A DNA stretch of 63,847 bases, counting the filler, from Octopus bimaculoides (Eukaryota): NCBI RefSeq assembly GCF_001194135.2. It is 5 parts of 4 records of this genome, joined end to end, with 100 filler letters (N's around TTAATTAATTAA, not from the genome) between each part and the next. Parts side by side here need not be neighbours in the genome. Positions count along the whole stretch, not along the records: positions 43,918 to 57,506 come from NC_068981.1; positions 57,607 to 61,217 come from NC_068987.1; positions 61,318 to 63,847 come from NW_026330467.1; 2 more parts are not named here. One strand, written 5' to 3'. Positions 52,393 through 63,847 of the stretch are shown here, piece by piece. The notes below the pieces were generated by a model. The model had not been told where the DNA came from, searched no databases, and worked only from the letters and a program-made list of their open reading frames with translations. Within the stretch, counting starts at the first letter, position 1, and each line of letters opens with the position of its first letter. The position numbers were made by a program, and so were the translations under genes.

Positions 52393-52795
52393 GTCCATTT
52401 CAGGATCGAAATNNNNNNNNNNNNNNNNNNNNNNNNNNNNNNNNNNNNNNNNNNNNNNNNNNNNNNNNNNNNNNNNNNNNNNNNNNNNNNNNNNNNNNNN
52501 NNNNNNNNNNNNNNNNNNNNNNNNNNNNNNNNNNNNNNNNNNNNNNNNNNNNNNNNNNNNNNNNNNNNNNNNNNNNNNNNNNNNNNNNNNNNNNNNNNNN
52601 NNNNNNNNNNNNNNNNNNNNNNNNNTCAGTAAATCGTTTATGGCGCTCTCAATTTATGCATGTTAGGAATGTAATTTTGATAGTAATTTACTAGCCCAAT
52701 GAAATCTTGTAATGTCGCAATGTTATGTGAGGGAGGCATATCTTTAATTGAGTCTACCCTCGACGGGTCAGGACGTCTTCCACTTTTATCAATAA

Positions 52796-53870
52796 CACTA
52801 GGCAACAAAAGTTTTGCTACTATTAGACGAAATGGTGCTCATCGGTAATTTGGGAGCGCTGATTCCGAATCTGCAATCATTTTTGCTCTAGCACGTCACA
52901 TTTTTGCGCTATCATTATTATACTGCTATCAAAATTACAATAATGTGAAAATTCATGACAAATAAAATGAATGTTATGCTAAGCGTAAATTACCGTTATT
53001 TAGTATAAGAACAATAGCAACTAGTTGGATAAGTAGCTCTAAAATCAATAAAGCACAAAACAAAAGTGTAAAATGAATATTATTAATTTTATGTTTTTCA
53101 AAAATAGCTTTGGCGTCTTCTTTTATGCTTATGTTGCATGTCTGTTACTTGTTTTAAAAACCAGCAGTAGTCCGTCAGCATGTTTGGTGTAAGTCTGCCA
53201 CTGTAGCGGCTTTCTACCTCTTTGATTTCTTGATGAAATCGTTCACTATGCTCATCACTTACATCACCCATATTAGGTGGGGAAAAAGTCAAGATGAGAG
53301 TGGAGAAAATGAATTTTTAGAGACATTCTTGCCCCAAGTTGCTTATAAGCTTTCAAAAAATCATTCACAATTGCAACGTAGTAAGATGATTTTTCATTTC
53401 CCAAAAAAATTTTTACAAGAGAAACCAATTTTCCCCAAGCAATTTTCTCTACTGGGCTTAATTCTTCTTGAAAAAGCTCATCACAAATTAGTGTGCGAAT
53501 TTCTGGTCCATTAAAAGCACCAGCTTTGATCTTAGCTTCACTCTTGCTAGAAACAAATTTTTCACTGAGATATTTGAATCCTTCACAATCTTCATTCATG
53601 GCCTCAGCTTGGCTTGTTTATATAAGCCAAGTTTAATGTGTAAGGGAGGAAGGTAAATTTTCTGAGGGTCAACTAACGTATCACTTCTCTTTGGCACTTT
53701 TTTTGATCATGGTGATGCTTGTCATCTCTGCTTTTCCAAAGGCACAAAAGGCACTGATGCTTTGTGTACTTCATTTTGCTACCCAAGAAGCAAACCAATA
53801 ACTTTCAAGTCCCCGCATATATTCCACTTGTAAAATTTTATCCATTGATTCATAAGTTTCCTTTAACCTT
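52796..53870 (-). mobile_element. CMC-superfamily (Chapaev-like) transposase relic with CACTA-starting end
   Basis: PSIPIAHAVRLKETYE; YTKHQC; EAKIKAGAFNGPEIR; MSLKIHFLHSHLDFFP; VSDEHSERFHQ..RYSG..MLTDYCWFL; terminus cactaggcaacaaaag. Subfamily name is from recall. Confidence 0.7.
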
Positions 53871-53879
53871 ACAGCATGT

Positions 53880-54558
53880 GCTATTGGTATTGAGGGTTTT
53901 TGATTCCCTCTACGTTTACCCTTATAGCACTCCTACCATATATTGGCAACATCACTACTTCCTCGTTCTTTAATATTGTTGACGAGTTCAAACTTGCACT
54001 GCCTACATCATTAAATTGGACTTTAATTGTACCAAATTTACTGCCTCTTGTTAAATACCTACTATCCTTCCATACGGGCCTTAGTACATTCTGTCGTAGT
54101 CATCTCTTTAATTCTTCCTTCGGCCACTGAGTGTGTTTTATACACTACCGTACATCTCGTTATTTTATCAATTATCTCCATTGACGCGTTTACTTCCACC
54201 TTTGTTCCTTCCCTTTTCATCATTTTGGAGTATTTCTTCAACTCTTTCAAATCCACATTACTTTCTGACACTTTAGCCACTCCTGCGAAGCTTCTTTCAT
54301 TCCTTTTGGCCAACGAAGTGTCCGACTGCTCAGAGTCGAATACCTCACTGTAGCTATTTTCTGCCGAGCTGATTTCTTCCATTTTTTACTTGGCTTATCC
54401 TCCTCAATGAGGAGGGGAAAGCACAACTAGCCTGCCACAAGGCAGCGAAAACCAGTGTTCAAAGAACACTACATCAATTTAAACAACAATACGTAGACTG
54501 AATTCAAGTGAGGAAATCGTTTTAATCATGGCAGCAGGCACCCTTCGCTGCTAATTCA
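53880..54558 (-). mobile_element. Possible LINE 5' UTR/ORF1 fragment
   Basis: ORF 54062-54382 with acidic N-terminus, continuing in broken frames; no diagnostic motif recognised. Confidence 0.3.
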
Positions 54559-54899
54559 ANNNNNNNNNNNNNNNNNNNNNNNNNNNNNNNNNNNNNNNNN
54601 NNNNNNNNNNNNNNNNNNNNNNNNNNNNNNNNNNNNNNNNNNNNNNNNNNNNNNNNNNNNNNNNNNNNNNNNNNNNNNNNNNNNNNNNNCGTGACTCTCA
54701 TCACAACGTGGGGTCTAACAGAAATGAAAATAAAATTATAAACACAATTATAAACAAAATAAAAGTTTATTCACTTTTAACACATTAAATATGATATACA
54801 TAAATAAAATGGAGTTTTTTTAAAAATTGTCTGATTTCACTGAAACTGATAACTAATTCTGGTACACCCAGTATTTAGAGGCAAAATTTTGAAGCAAAG

Positions 54900-55650
54900 C
54901 TGCAGTAACCCAAGATTTTTTTGTTTGAGCATTCCTTTGGACATATCTTTCAAAGATATAGTGTTTTAAGAGTGTTTGACTAGAGTTGGTTTTAGTTTAA
55001 AGTAACCAGTAGTTTAATTCTATCCTTTAGCTGCTTTATATCCAGGTACAGTTTCATCTTCGATTGATATGTTCTTTCAGCTACCTTCTTCCCAAACAGG
55101 CCTCTTATCAACATTACATTCTATCGTTTAATACTCTTCTTTAACCATGTCAGCAAAACTTTGAACAAATTTTGTTGCAGTTTCTTTATCTGCAAGAGCA
55201 ATAATTTCTCTAGATAGTTTAAAGTTATGCAAAGCTGCTCTTTTTTTGAATTTATCAAACTTCCTTTGCATACTCGAACTTCTGAAGCATCAGCAACCTG
55301 TTTTCTTAAGTGTTCCTTTCAATTTGCTTATAAAACTGATAGGATTATCTTGAAATGTAGGAGCATTTTTCTATGTTGGTCTTCAAAGCATACTTTTAAT
55401 TAACTCTCCATTTCCCATCACTGTTACCTGGACATAATTGTCATAGAAATATTTCCTCCATTACCAACATGTTATTTAATGTTGTTGCTATCTTTAATAA
55501 TTATACATACTGTAGATTTTTTGGGGAAGAGTAAGCTTGACTGGTTTTTAAACGGTCAATAATATTCCATGTCTTATTCTGTTTTACTAGCTTTAGGAAG
55601 CAATACTGCTTTACTTTATTTGAATCAACATTGTCGTTTTTATGTTTTGT
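54900..55650 (-). pseudogene. Tigger/TIGD1-like transposase, N-terminal and middle part
   Basis: EIIALADKETATKFVQSFADMVKEEY; NVD..LFGKKVAERTY; ETVPGYKAAK; KKSWVTAALLQNF. Confidence 0.75.
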
Positions 55651-55876
55651 ACGTTTGGGCAATATATAATACAGTCTCACATGCTATTAGGGCCTGCTTT
55701 TGTATAATTACATTATTCAGTGAATGGCGTCACCACCTGTAGATTTCCATCTGCAGAGATAATGTTTCGCATACATAGATGATTTTCATCATTCATTTTC
55801 GTAAATAAACAATTCTATTCTATCCTACTCAAGTCAAAGCTGCAATATATAAAAGCAATGTTTGTATACAACGCAG

Positions 55877-56042
<166 letters not shown>

Positions 56043-56651
56043 CATGCATCTTATAACATTGCGTGGACCAAAATTAGATGCAAAACGAAGACATAAATGC
56101 ATACATTTCATGAGTCTAATGCTGTTTAGTAAAATATATAAGCATGTCTAAATTTTTAGGCTACGAAAATTGAATTAGGAAGCAGCAATTCATAGGGCCT
56201 GAAAAGTACATAAGTACTTGTATACTATGAAACTGGTTTTATAAACATAAATTTGAAGCAGAAAAAGAGAAACAGGGCCGCTGATGTAACGCTCGTTATA
56301 TATCTATTACTACCGATTATTACTGTTACCCTCCCAAATTAATATATGTTTCTTCTGACTTTTTTCTCCACATAATTAGTGGTATACTTAGCGTCGCAAG
56401 ATAGATTAAGCCCGCTATCTAAATATTTCCATTATAAACTATATAGAAATTATTTATGTCTAACAAATCTCAGCCTCTATTTCATGTTTACGATGTGAAA
56501 ATTCATGAAACAAATTACTAACAGATTAATTGCTAAAATTTTAAATATAATGTGATATTAGCTACTCTAAGTGACACATGCATAATTGAAGACCTTTCAG
56601 TGAGTTTCTTCCTCTTCTTGATTTTATAATGCCTTCGAGTATATTTACTTT

Positions 56652-56982
56652 AAGGCGGCGATCTGTAAGCATGCTGGGCAAAAAGCTTAGCAGCATTTCG
56701 TCTGTCTTTACGTTCTGAGTTCAAATTCCGCAGAGGTCGACTTTTCCTTTCATCCTTTTGGGGTCGATACTATAAGTGCCAGTTGAGTACTGGGGTTGTT
56801 GTAATCGACTCCCCATTCCCCCGATGTTGCTGGCCTTGTGCCAAAATTTGAAAGCAATCTTTACGTTCTGGGGGTATCGATCAAATAAAGTACCAGTCAA
56901 GCACGGTGGTCGAAGAAATCGCTTTGTTTTCCACATCTATCTCTAAAATTGCTAGCCTTGTATCCGAATTAGAAAGAATATA
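56652..56982 (+). mobile_element. Two tandem SINE family 3 copies (second 5'-truncated)
   Basis: aaggcggcgatctg... then ttacgttctgggggtatcgatcaaataaagtaccagtc. Confidence 0.75.
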
Positions 56983-57385
56983 ATACTTTATTTACATAGT
57001 TTTCTAATATCTAAATTTAAGTCGAAAATATTAACAAATTAATTCATAAACTTCACAGACTTAATTAACTTCTATATTATTTGTTAGCGCCGACGCAAAC
57101 TATCACTAGTTCCTTTGGGCTCTAATTATAAGAAAGACTAGAAAATGAAAATCCGTTGGGACATGTAGCTACTTCGCCATTTTCACTCGACACAGGCTTT
57201 CTCATCAAAGTGTCGCGAATCTTTTCTATAACGTTGTTTTAGGAAAGAAAAATCCCCGAAAGTAAAAGAAAAACAGTCACTCGCGGTTCTTCGCGCGCTC
57301 TCTCCCTCTCTCTCCTCCTCCCTTTATCCTTTATGTACATGTGCATGTGTGTGTGTGGAGTGGTGCGGGAAATAAAGGAACAAAT

Positions 57386-57423
<38 letters not shown>

Positions 57424-57506
57424 GTGCCAGACAGAACATTATCTCATATTCGAATGAACCGTAAGTTTGTTTAAATGAAATGCTTTCAGTTGAATATTTA
57501 CTTTAT

Positions 57507-57606
57507 NNNNNNNNNNNNNNNNNNNNNNNNNNNNNNNNNNNNNNNNNNNNTTAATTAATTAANNNNNNNNNNNNNNNNNNNNNNNNNNNNNNNNNNNNNN
57601 NNNNNN
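57507..57606. other. Artificial scaffold join (44N-TTAATTAATTAA-44N)
   Basis: Same 100-bp structure. Confidence 0.95.
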
Positions 57607-58244
57607 AAAGCAACCAACTAATGGATAGTACCTATCCAATATACTTATGTTAGTGAACCCAATTATTCATAACCAAGTGCTAGTTATTGCGTGGCAAGCT
57701 CGCAATTGAGTGTTATATATGGGTGGGGGTGAAAATTGGTTTACTCTTAATTCATACGACAAATAAGAAAATGGCGAGGATAAAAAACGACATATATTAG
57801 CCGGTAGGCATTCTAGTATGTCTATTTATTCCAATGTATCAAAATGTATTAAATGAATACATAGACATGTATTAATCATGTGTTACATACACATGTACTA
57901 ATATTGCAGAGAAGAGCAAAGGATCAGATTGTCTGTAGGTGCTAGTTCCTTGCGGCCGTTTCTGCCAAGAGGCAACGAAATCCTCCATGTCATCTCCATC
58001 TATTCTGTGTGAAGTACAACAATCATGTCATTATCTGACCGTAATGATCATTTCAATTTCAGGTACATTTGAACCTATGACTTCTGGCTACATAATACTA
58101 TTGATAAAGTAAGTTTCGACCTTCGATTATACGAAAAGTATTTTCCCAAGTAACTACAGAAAGGAATCGGATATGGACCACAGATCTGGCATACGAAATT
58201 CTTCAACATTTGCTCACCGTCATGCTTATGTGAATTTACACATG

Positions 58245-58287
<43 letters not shown>

Positions 58288-60553
58288 NNNNNNNNNNNNN
58301 NNNNNNNNNNNNNNNNNNNNNNNNNNNNNNNNNNNNNNNNNNNNNNNNNNNNNNNNNNNNNNNNNNNNNNNNNNNNNNNTATATATATATATATTTATAT
58401 ATGCATGCATGCTTATAATTATGCATACATATAGATGAGTATGCCGTTGAAACTGTTTTAATTCTAATGAAAAACCAATGCTAGAAATTGAGTTTCATCC
58501 ATTAGAGGCAACTTTAAAAATATATATATACAAACTTATGCATATAGTCATACACCTTCACGTACATACATATAATTCCATACACACATAGAAAAAACAG
58601 AACTCGCGCTCGAACACAATTTTGCAAATGAACATAATATTGGTGAATATTTAGATAATATTAACAAATTACACGCTCGGAAGCGTTGAAGCATATACTT
58701 GTTCATTTTGAAGGCTAATATAAAAAAAAAATTAAACTACAAATATGGATACCACGGTCTCACAGAAATCTACCTATCAATCTCCCTATAGTAAAGTAGA
58801 AACTGTATTAGATAATATATAAATTCACAGAATATTGGCTCCATCGTGTAATATGCTGTTGAAACTTTTGTTGTCTTTTACTGCCATGGTACTTTTGCGT
58901 TCAACATAAAATATTCTTTACAAGCAATGAAATGGAGTTTGTATGGAGTTATCCTTTAGGATTCACATTTTCAACATTTGGCATGTCTTCTGTAAAGAAA
59001 CGAAACAATGCCAAGACATACATACACAAGCGTCAACAATTATATGGACATCATTTCCGAACTGAAAACTCTGGCATAATTATTCAAAGTAAATGTTGCT
59101 TAAAAAGGCTCATATTGTAATTCATTATCTAAGTTTATATAAAATTTTAGGGATTTCAGTGTTTAAGGAAATGAATTTAAAATAGGGTTTTTTCACTATG
59201 ATATTATAATTTCTGGCGTAAAAATGATTTCATAGTATGCAAAAGTCATTAAATAAGACATTTCATAGAAACGATAGAGTATATGAACATTTGAAAAGCT
59301 TACTTCTTCCTTTAAAATCGTTAAAGTAAAGGAGATAGTGTGCCTTATTGCGTGGTTGAAAATGAATAATAATCAGAATGATACAAAATTATATTTCAAA
59401 AAGTTTACTTCATTTATATACAGTTGATTCATTCGAAACATATACTAAGAAATAAAAATAATAGCAATCAGTTACTTTTAAATTCACTCCACTAAGATCC
59501 ACGAATGCCAAATAATTATTCTGCTTAAATTTCTTTTACTTTTTCTTTTGAATAAATAATTTACATTCGAGATTTAGGTCACTATGATCATCAATATTAA
59601 AATGGTGAACGAATCCTGTTAACAGAATGCATATTCGCAGGCCCTCAAAACAAATATCAAATTCTCGTGTTATGCTTTCAATTTGAGACAGAATAGCAGG
59701 TTAGATGCTATGTTAAATAATTTATTCTGCTTCTTCCAGTCGTGACACGTTTGAGAAATACTGATAATATCAGCAAATTTAAAAGGATCTATATGAACCT
59801 TTACTTCTCTGAAATCCCACAATAATTACTCGAGTTTCAATTATATTGTGTTACTCGTATAAACACTTTTGCAATCCCTTAAGTGCAGTGATATAATTCA
59901 GCTTAAGAAACCAGAAGATTTTCACATATCTACTATTGGTTACATAGTTATGAAGCCAAATGCCTAATAAACTCCATAAGAGAATCAAATGTTTGTAAAC
60001 TGAATCTTTTGTAGAAACATATTTTTGCATAGTACAGTAGGTCTTTGTAACATCCTCAATTTTGGTTTAAAATTTTTGCATAAACAACAAAAGTAATGAA
60101 CGTACTTGGGATGTTTATTTTTCAATTTATAGTTATTCATATTTGCAAATCAGCTTAAAGTCCTTCAGTGTAATATTTTATGCAATATGATTTGGTTGCT
60201 TCACTAAAACACTGTACAGAGTATACATTAAGAACTGCTTTCTGTAGAGCCGCTGAAATTCCTTGATATTTAACAGGGCGTATGTGTTAACATTGTAACT
60301 GAAATTCTAAGTTACATACTTGTCAAAGATTTTGTAAAAAAAAATAATTCGTTTAAGCATTTGATGTATACACGGCACTGAAAAGGCGCATCTGAGGTGA
60401 AATGCATTTAGTTTCACCTTAACTATTGTCGAGGCGATTTTTCTTTTCTCTTTGTTATATATTGTATTTGAAAATGCAAGACGTCCATAAGAGATTTTAT
60501 CTCGTACGACAGCCGAAGTAACTTGTCTGTCAGCATACGCACTTATTCCACAC

Positions 60554-60617
<64 letters not shown>

Positions 60618-61217
60618 CAACACACATAAATTCACACACTCACACACATATTTATATATATACATATATATATATATATGCATATATATGTATATATATA
60701 TATACACATATACATATACATACATACATACATATACCAGTATCACACATGCTTTTACGCACGCACAAAAATACTGATTAATGAATGAAAAGGTGTTAAG
60801 TAATGGGCATCGTTTATTTTTAAAGTTCATTGCTCTTCTTGTTTTAAGAAGCACTGCACCCAGAACTGGGTGCTTGTGCAGCATCGTATAACTTCCTCGC
60901 AGTCATTTGTTTGTACAGCTGTTTTCTTCCCGGGACCATTTATCGCCGCTCAGATTTTATTTGTTACCAACTAATTTGTAGTCACAACAACTAAACAATT
61001 TGATACTTAACTTGTTATAGATTTCATCTTTACATTACCCTCATGATGGCTGATGAAATATTGACGAAACGTGGCAATGAAAATCCTCATACAATGAATT
61101 TCGGTACAGCTTTGAGAAAATAAACAAAAGTAGTCGTCAATTTAAAATTATGTTTTGTGGACAGAAAAATCAATGCAAAGCAAAGCTAAATACAAATTTT
61201 AGAGGAGTGGTAAGGAC

Positions 61218-61317
61218 NNNNNNNNNNNNNNNNNNNNNNNNNNNNNNNNNNNNNNNNNNNNTTAATTAATTAANNNNNNNNNNNNNNNNNNNNNNNNNNN
61301 NNNNNNNNNNNNNNNNN
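61218..61317. other. Artificial scaffold join (44N-TTAATTAATTAA-44N)
   Basis: Same 100-bp structure; cuts the ETS exon. Confidence 0.95.
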
Positions 61318-61692
61318 GAGCGTTCATAAAATTCAGTTTGTTATTATGATGATACGTTGACATGAGTATATCTTGTTGGTACTTGTACGCTGTAGGGTCA
61401 GCCGATGAGGGCTGCATGGCCTGCGCAAGTCCGGCAAAATCAAACTTATACGCGTACCGTTTACCGTGTACTTTTGTCATGATGTTCTTGTCGTAGTAAT
61501 AGCGAAGGGCACGGCTGAGTTTGTCGTAGTTCATGTTTGGTTTGCTCTTGCGCTCGCCCCAGCGGCGAGCGACTTCGTCGGGGTCCACCAGTTTGAACTC
61601 GCCGTTCGTACCTTCCCACGTTATACAATTCGAGTTACCAGTATCGGAAAGTAACTCCAGCAAAAACTGCCACAGCTGGATCTGCCCACTTC
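61318..61692 (-). CDS. Erg: ETS-domain exon of an Erg/Fli1 (Ets65A)-class transcription factor, truncated at an assembly join
   Basis: Acceptor ccaattccag, then (G)[124 protein letters not shown]. The post-ETS 'AYKYQ.D...YH..KLNF' tail favours ERG/FLI1 over FEV. GC is locally elevated. Confidence 0.93.
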
Positions 61693-61720
61693 CTGGAATT
61701 GGGTAAGACGTTTGGTGTGT

Positions 61721-61756
61721 TAAGTTGGTTAGTAAGTTGGTTAGTAAGTTGGTTAG
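61721..61756 (-). promoter_or_regulatory. Three exact 12-bp repeats giving tandem TACTAAC branch-point/STAR-protein motifs upstream of the ETS exon acceptor
   Basis: (taagttggttag)x3 on +; minus-strand TACTAAC at 61728-34 and 61740-46, AACTAAC at 61752-58. Confidence 0.55.
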
Positions 61757-62209
61757 TTGGTTGTTTGGTTGAGGTTAGAGATGAAAAAGAAAAAAAAAGG
61801 AGAAAGGTTAGAAATGTAATAAATATGTGATTAGTAAAGATGGAACTGAAAAACAGGGGTTAAAATTAGTAACATGAAAGAACAGAATAAAATAATAAAA
61901 GCATGAAGATGTAGATCAGGGATTCCCAATGTATCCCCTCCCCCTTTGTTCCTATTTCATTCTGGTGGATCCTACATTCATTCAATGCCTAAAAACTAGT
62001 TTTATATATACTTCTTTAAAAACATGTTTTGCTTTTTCACACGTCCCCTTATGTAGGCTGAAGTTTGTAAATCGTGATTTTCGGCCCTTTGATTACTATT
62101 TTTGTCTACTGGACCTCAATAACCATCCACTGTATATAACAAAAAAATCTTACGGTATTTTTGTAATTAAGATATCATGTATTAGCATAACGCTCGGGAA
62201 TAGAGAAAG

Positions 62210-62247
62210 TCTTTAACGTTTCGAGCCTACGCTCTTCAACAGAAGGG
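62210..62247 (-). ncRNA. Second copy of the CUGUUGA hammerhead-like variant
   Basis: Minus: CCCTT-CTGTTGA-A-GAGC-GTAG-GCTC-GAAAC-GTT-AAAGA; the flank (ttcccgagcgt...ctaata) is shared with the 12015 copy. Confidence 0.4.
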
Positions 62248-62312
62248 AACACCGAAAGAAACGAGTAGAGAAAAAATGTGTAGTGGTGGTCAGCGATCTA
62301 TCATGGCGAATG

Positions 62313-62345
<33 letters not shown>

Positions 62346-62830
62346 TATATATATATATATANNNNNNNNNNNNNNNNNNNNNNNNNNNNNNNNNNNNNNN
62401 NNNNNNNNNNNNNNNNNNNNNNNNNNNNNNNNNNNNNNNNNNNNNNNNNNNNNNNNNNNNNNNNNNNNNNNNNNNNNNNNNNNNNNNNNNNNNNNNNNNN
62501 NNNNNNNNNNNNNNNNNNNNNNNNNNNNNNNNNNNNNNNNNNNNNNNNNNNNNNNNNNNNNNNNNNNNNNNNNNNNNNNNNNNNNNNNNNNNNNNNNNNN
62601 NNNNNNNNNNNNNNNNNNNNNNNNNNNNNNNNNNNNNNNNNNNNNNNNNNNNNNNNNNNNNNNNNNNNNNNNNNNNNNNNNNNNNNNNNNNNNNNNNNNN
62701 NNNNNNNNNNNNNNNNNNNNNNNNNNNNNNNNNNNNNNNNNNNNNNNNNNNNNNNNNNNNNNNNNNNNNNNNNNNNNNNNNNNNNNNNNNNNNNNNNNNN
62801 NNNNNNNNNNNNNNNNNNNNNNNNNNNNNN

Positions 62831-62864
<34 letters not shown>

Positions 62865-62879
62865 TAGATATAAGTAAAC

Positions 62880-62880
<1 letters not shown>

Positions 62881-62946
<66 letters not shown>
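62881..62946. repeat. (GATA)n microsatellite
   Basis: Direct reading. Confidence 0.98.
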
Positions 62947-62947
<1 letters not shown>

Positions 62948-63298
62948 GGATGTCTTTTTCAAATAATGTTCTTTTTTGTTATGCATGATCATAATTATTG
63001 TGTTTGAGTGGTTGCATCTGCCCGTAAATGTGTCAACATGCCCGGGTGTGTGCGAGCCTGCACATGTGTGTGTGTGTGCTCGCGCGTGGGCAACGAAATT
63101 TCAGCGAAAGAAACAATGAAAGCCGTAAGAAATATGAGATAAAACTAGATAATTAGATATCTCACCAGGTATCCCTACGAGACATGCCTACGTATGTATA
63201 TATACACACACACATGCACACACAAACACATACATATATATATACATATATACATATTCATATGCACATACAATTACATATACATGTACACACGAATA

Positions 63299-63337
<39 letters not shown>

Positions 63338-63430
63338 TTATGTATGTATATATGTATGTATATATATATATATATATANNNNNNNNNNNNNNNNNNNNNN
63401 NNNNNNNNNNNNNNNNNNNNNNNNNNNNNN

Positions 63431-63475
<45 letters not shown>

Positions 63476-63804
63476 ATGCATGTATGTATATATGCATGTA
63501 TGTATGTATATGTATAGAAACACTGGTTTTCCATTTGCAATCTGTAATCAATGTTGGGGAAACATCTCCAGACTTTAATGAGAACCCCTACTCTGGGGCC
63601 TCGTATTAGTAAAATATATACATGCATACATACATACATACATACATACATACATTGATCCAAATCTACATTATATATATATATATATCTACATCTTTAA
63701 CCTGATTCGAATTTTTGCATAGATATATTTATGTCATGTAAATTTGATTCCTTGTATTTTTTCTGTAGCAAATACCAGCTTATTTTCCACCTTGGTGTTT
63801 CCTC

Positions 63805-63847
<43 letters not shown>

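Larger units (their letters stand above)
49885..54871 (-). mobile_element. Tc1/mariner-type element defined by its TIRs, filled with nested insertions
   Basis: TA-cagggtgtctcagaat.. at 49885 vs ..attctggtacacccag-TA at 54871. C-terminal transposase relic at 50020-50330 (ELKEYIQ..ITPEMLQNVF..KFEICRDT..AHVG). Confidence 0.55.

Noticed and set aside
61035-61080. CTGATGA-aatattgac-GAAAC-GTG hammerhead-like motif
   Set aside because: Stem II does not pair and the cleavage position would be G; the alternative register has a mutated core.
61262-61317. C-terminal 'LIN*' of the 133-aa ETS ORF and its TTG start at 61663
   Set aside because: The terminus comes from the artificial linker, and the true start is a splice acceptor at 61692.

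Overview
AT-rich, microsatellite- and transposon-dense eukaryotic genomic DNA. It is most likely an octopod cephalopod such as Octopus (inferred from the tRNA-derived SINE families and repeat landscape). The window is a mosaic: four artificial 100-bp joins (44 N + TTAATTAATTAA + 44 N) split it into five blocks whose adjacency is unproven. Two host genes are recognisable. Five internal + strand exons of the RNA polymerase III largest subunit (POLR3A/RPC1; 34868-42919) include the NADFDGD catalytic motif and one GC-AG intron. The truncated ETS-domain exon of an Erg/Fli1-class transcription factor lies on the - strand (61318-61692). The rest is SINEs of four families, RTE-type LINE fragments, Penelope-like elements, mariner/Tigger/hAT/Chapaev-like DNA transposon relics, a Gypsy pol fragment and simple repeats. 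The most interesting hidden layer is a set of type I hammerhead-ribozyme motifs from several Penelope-like families. Each has a different palindromic helix III, one lies in sense within a POLR3A intron with an intact core, and a recurrent variant has core CUGUUGA. Also notable are inverted LINE tails flanking two phase-symmetric POLR3A exons (circRNA geometry), tandem TACTAAC repeats at the Erg/Fli acceptor, and a 6-kb nested transposon stack. No CRISPR, rRNA or genuine tRNA gene was found. All structures were read by eye and family comparisons are from recall, not from database searches.
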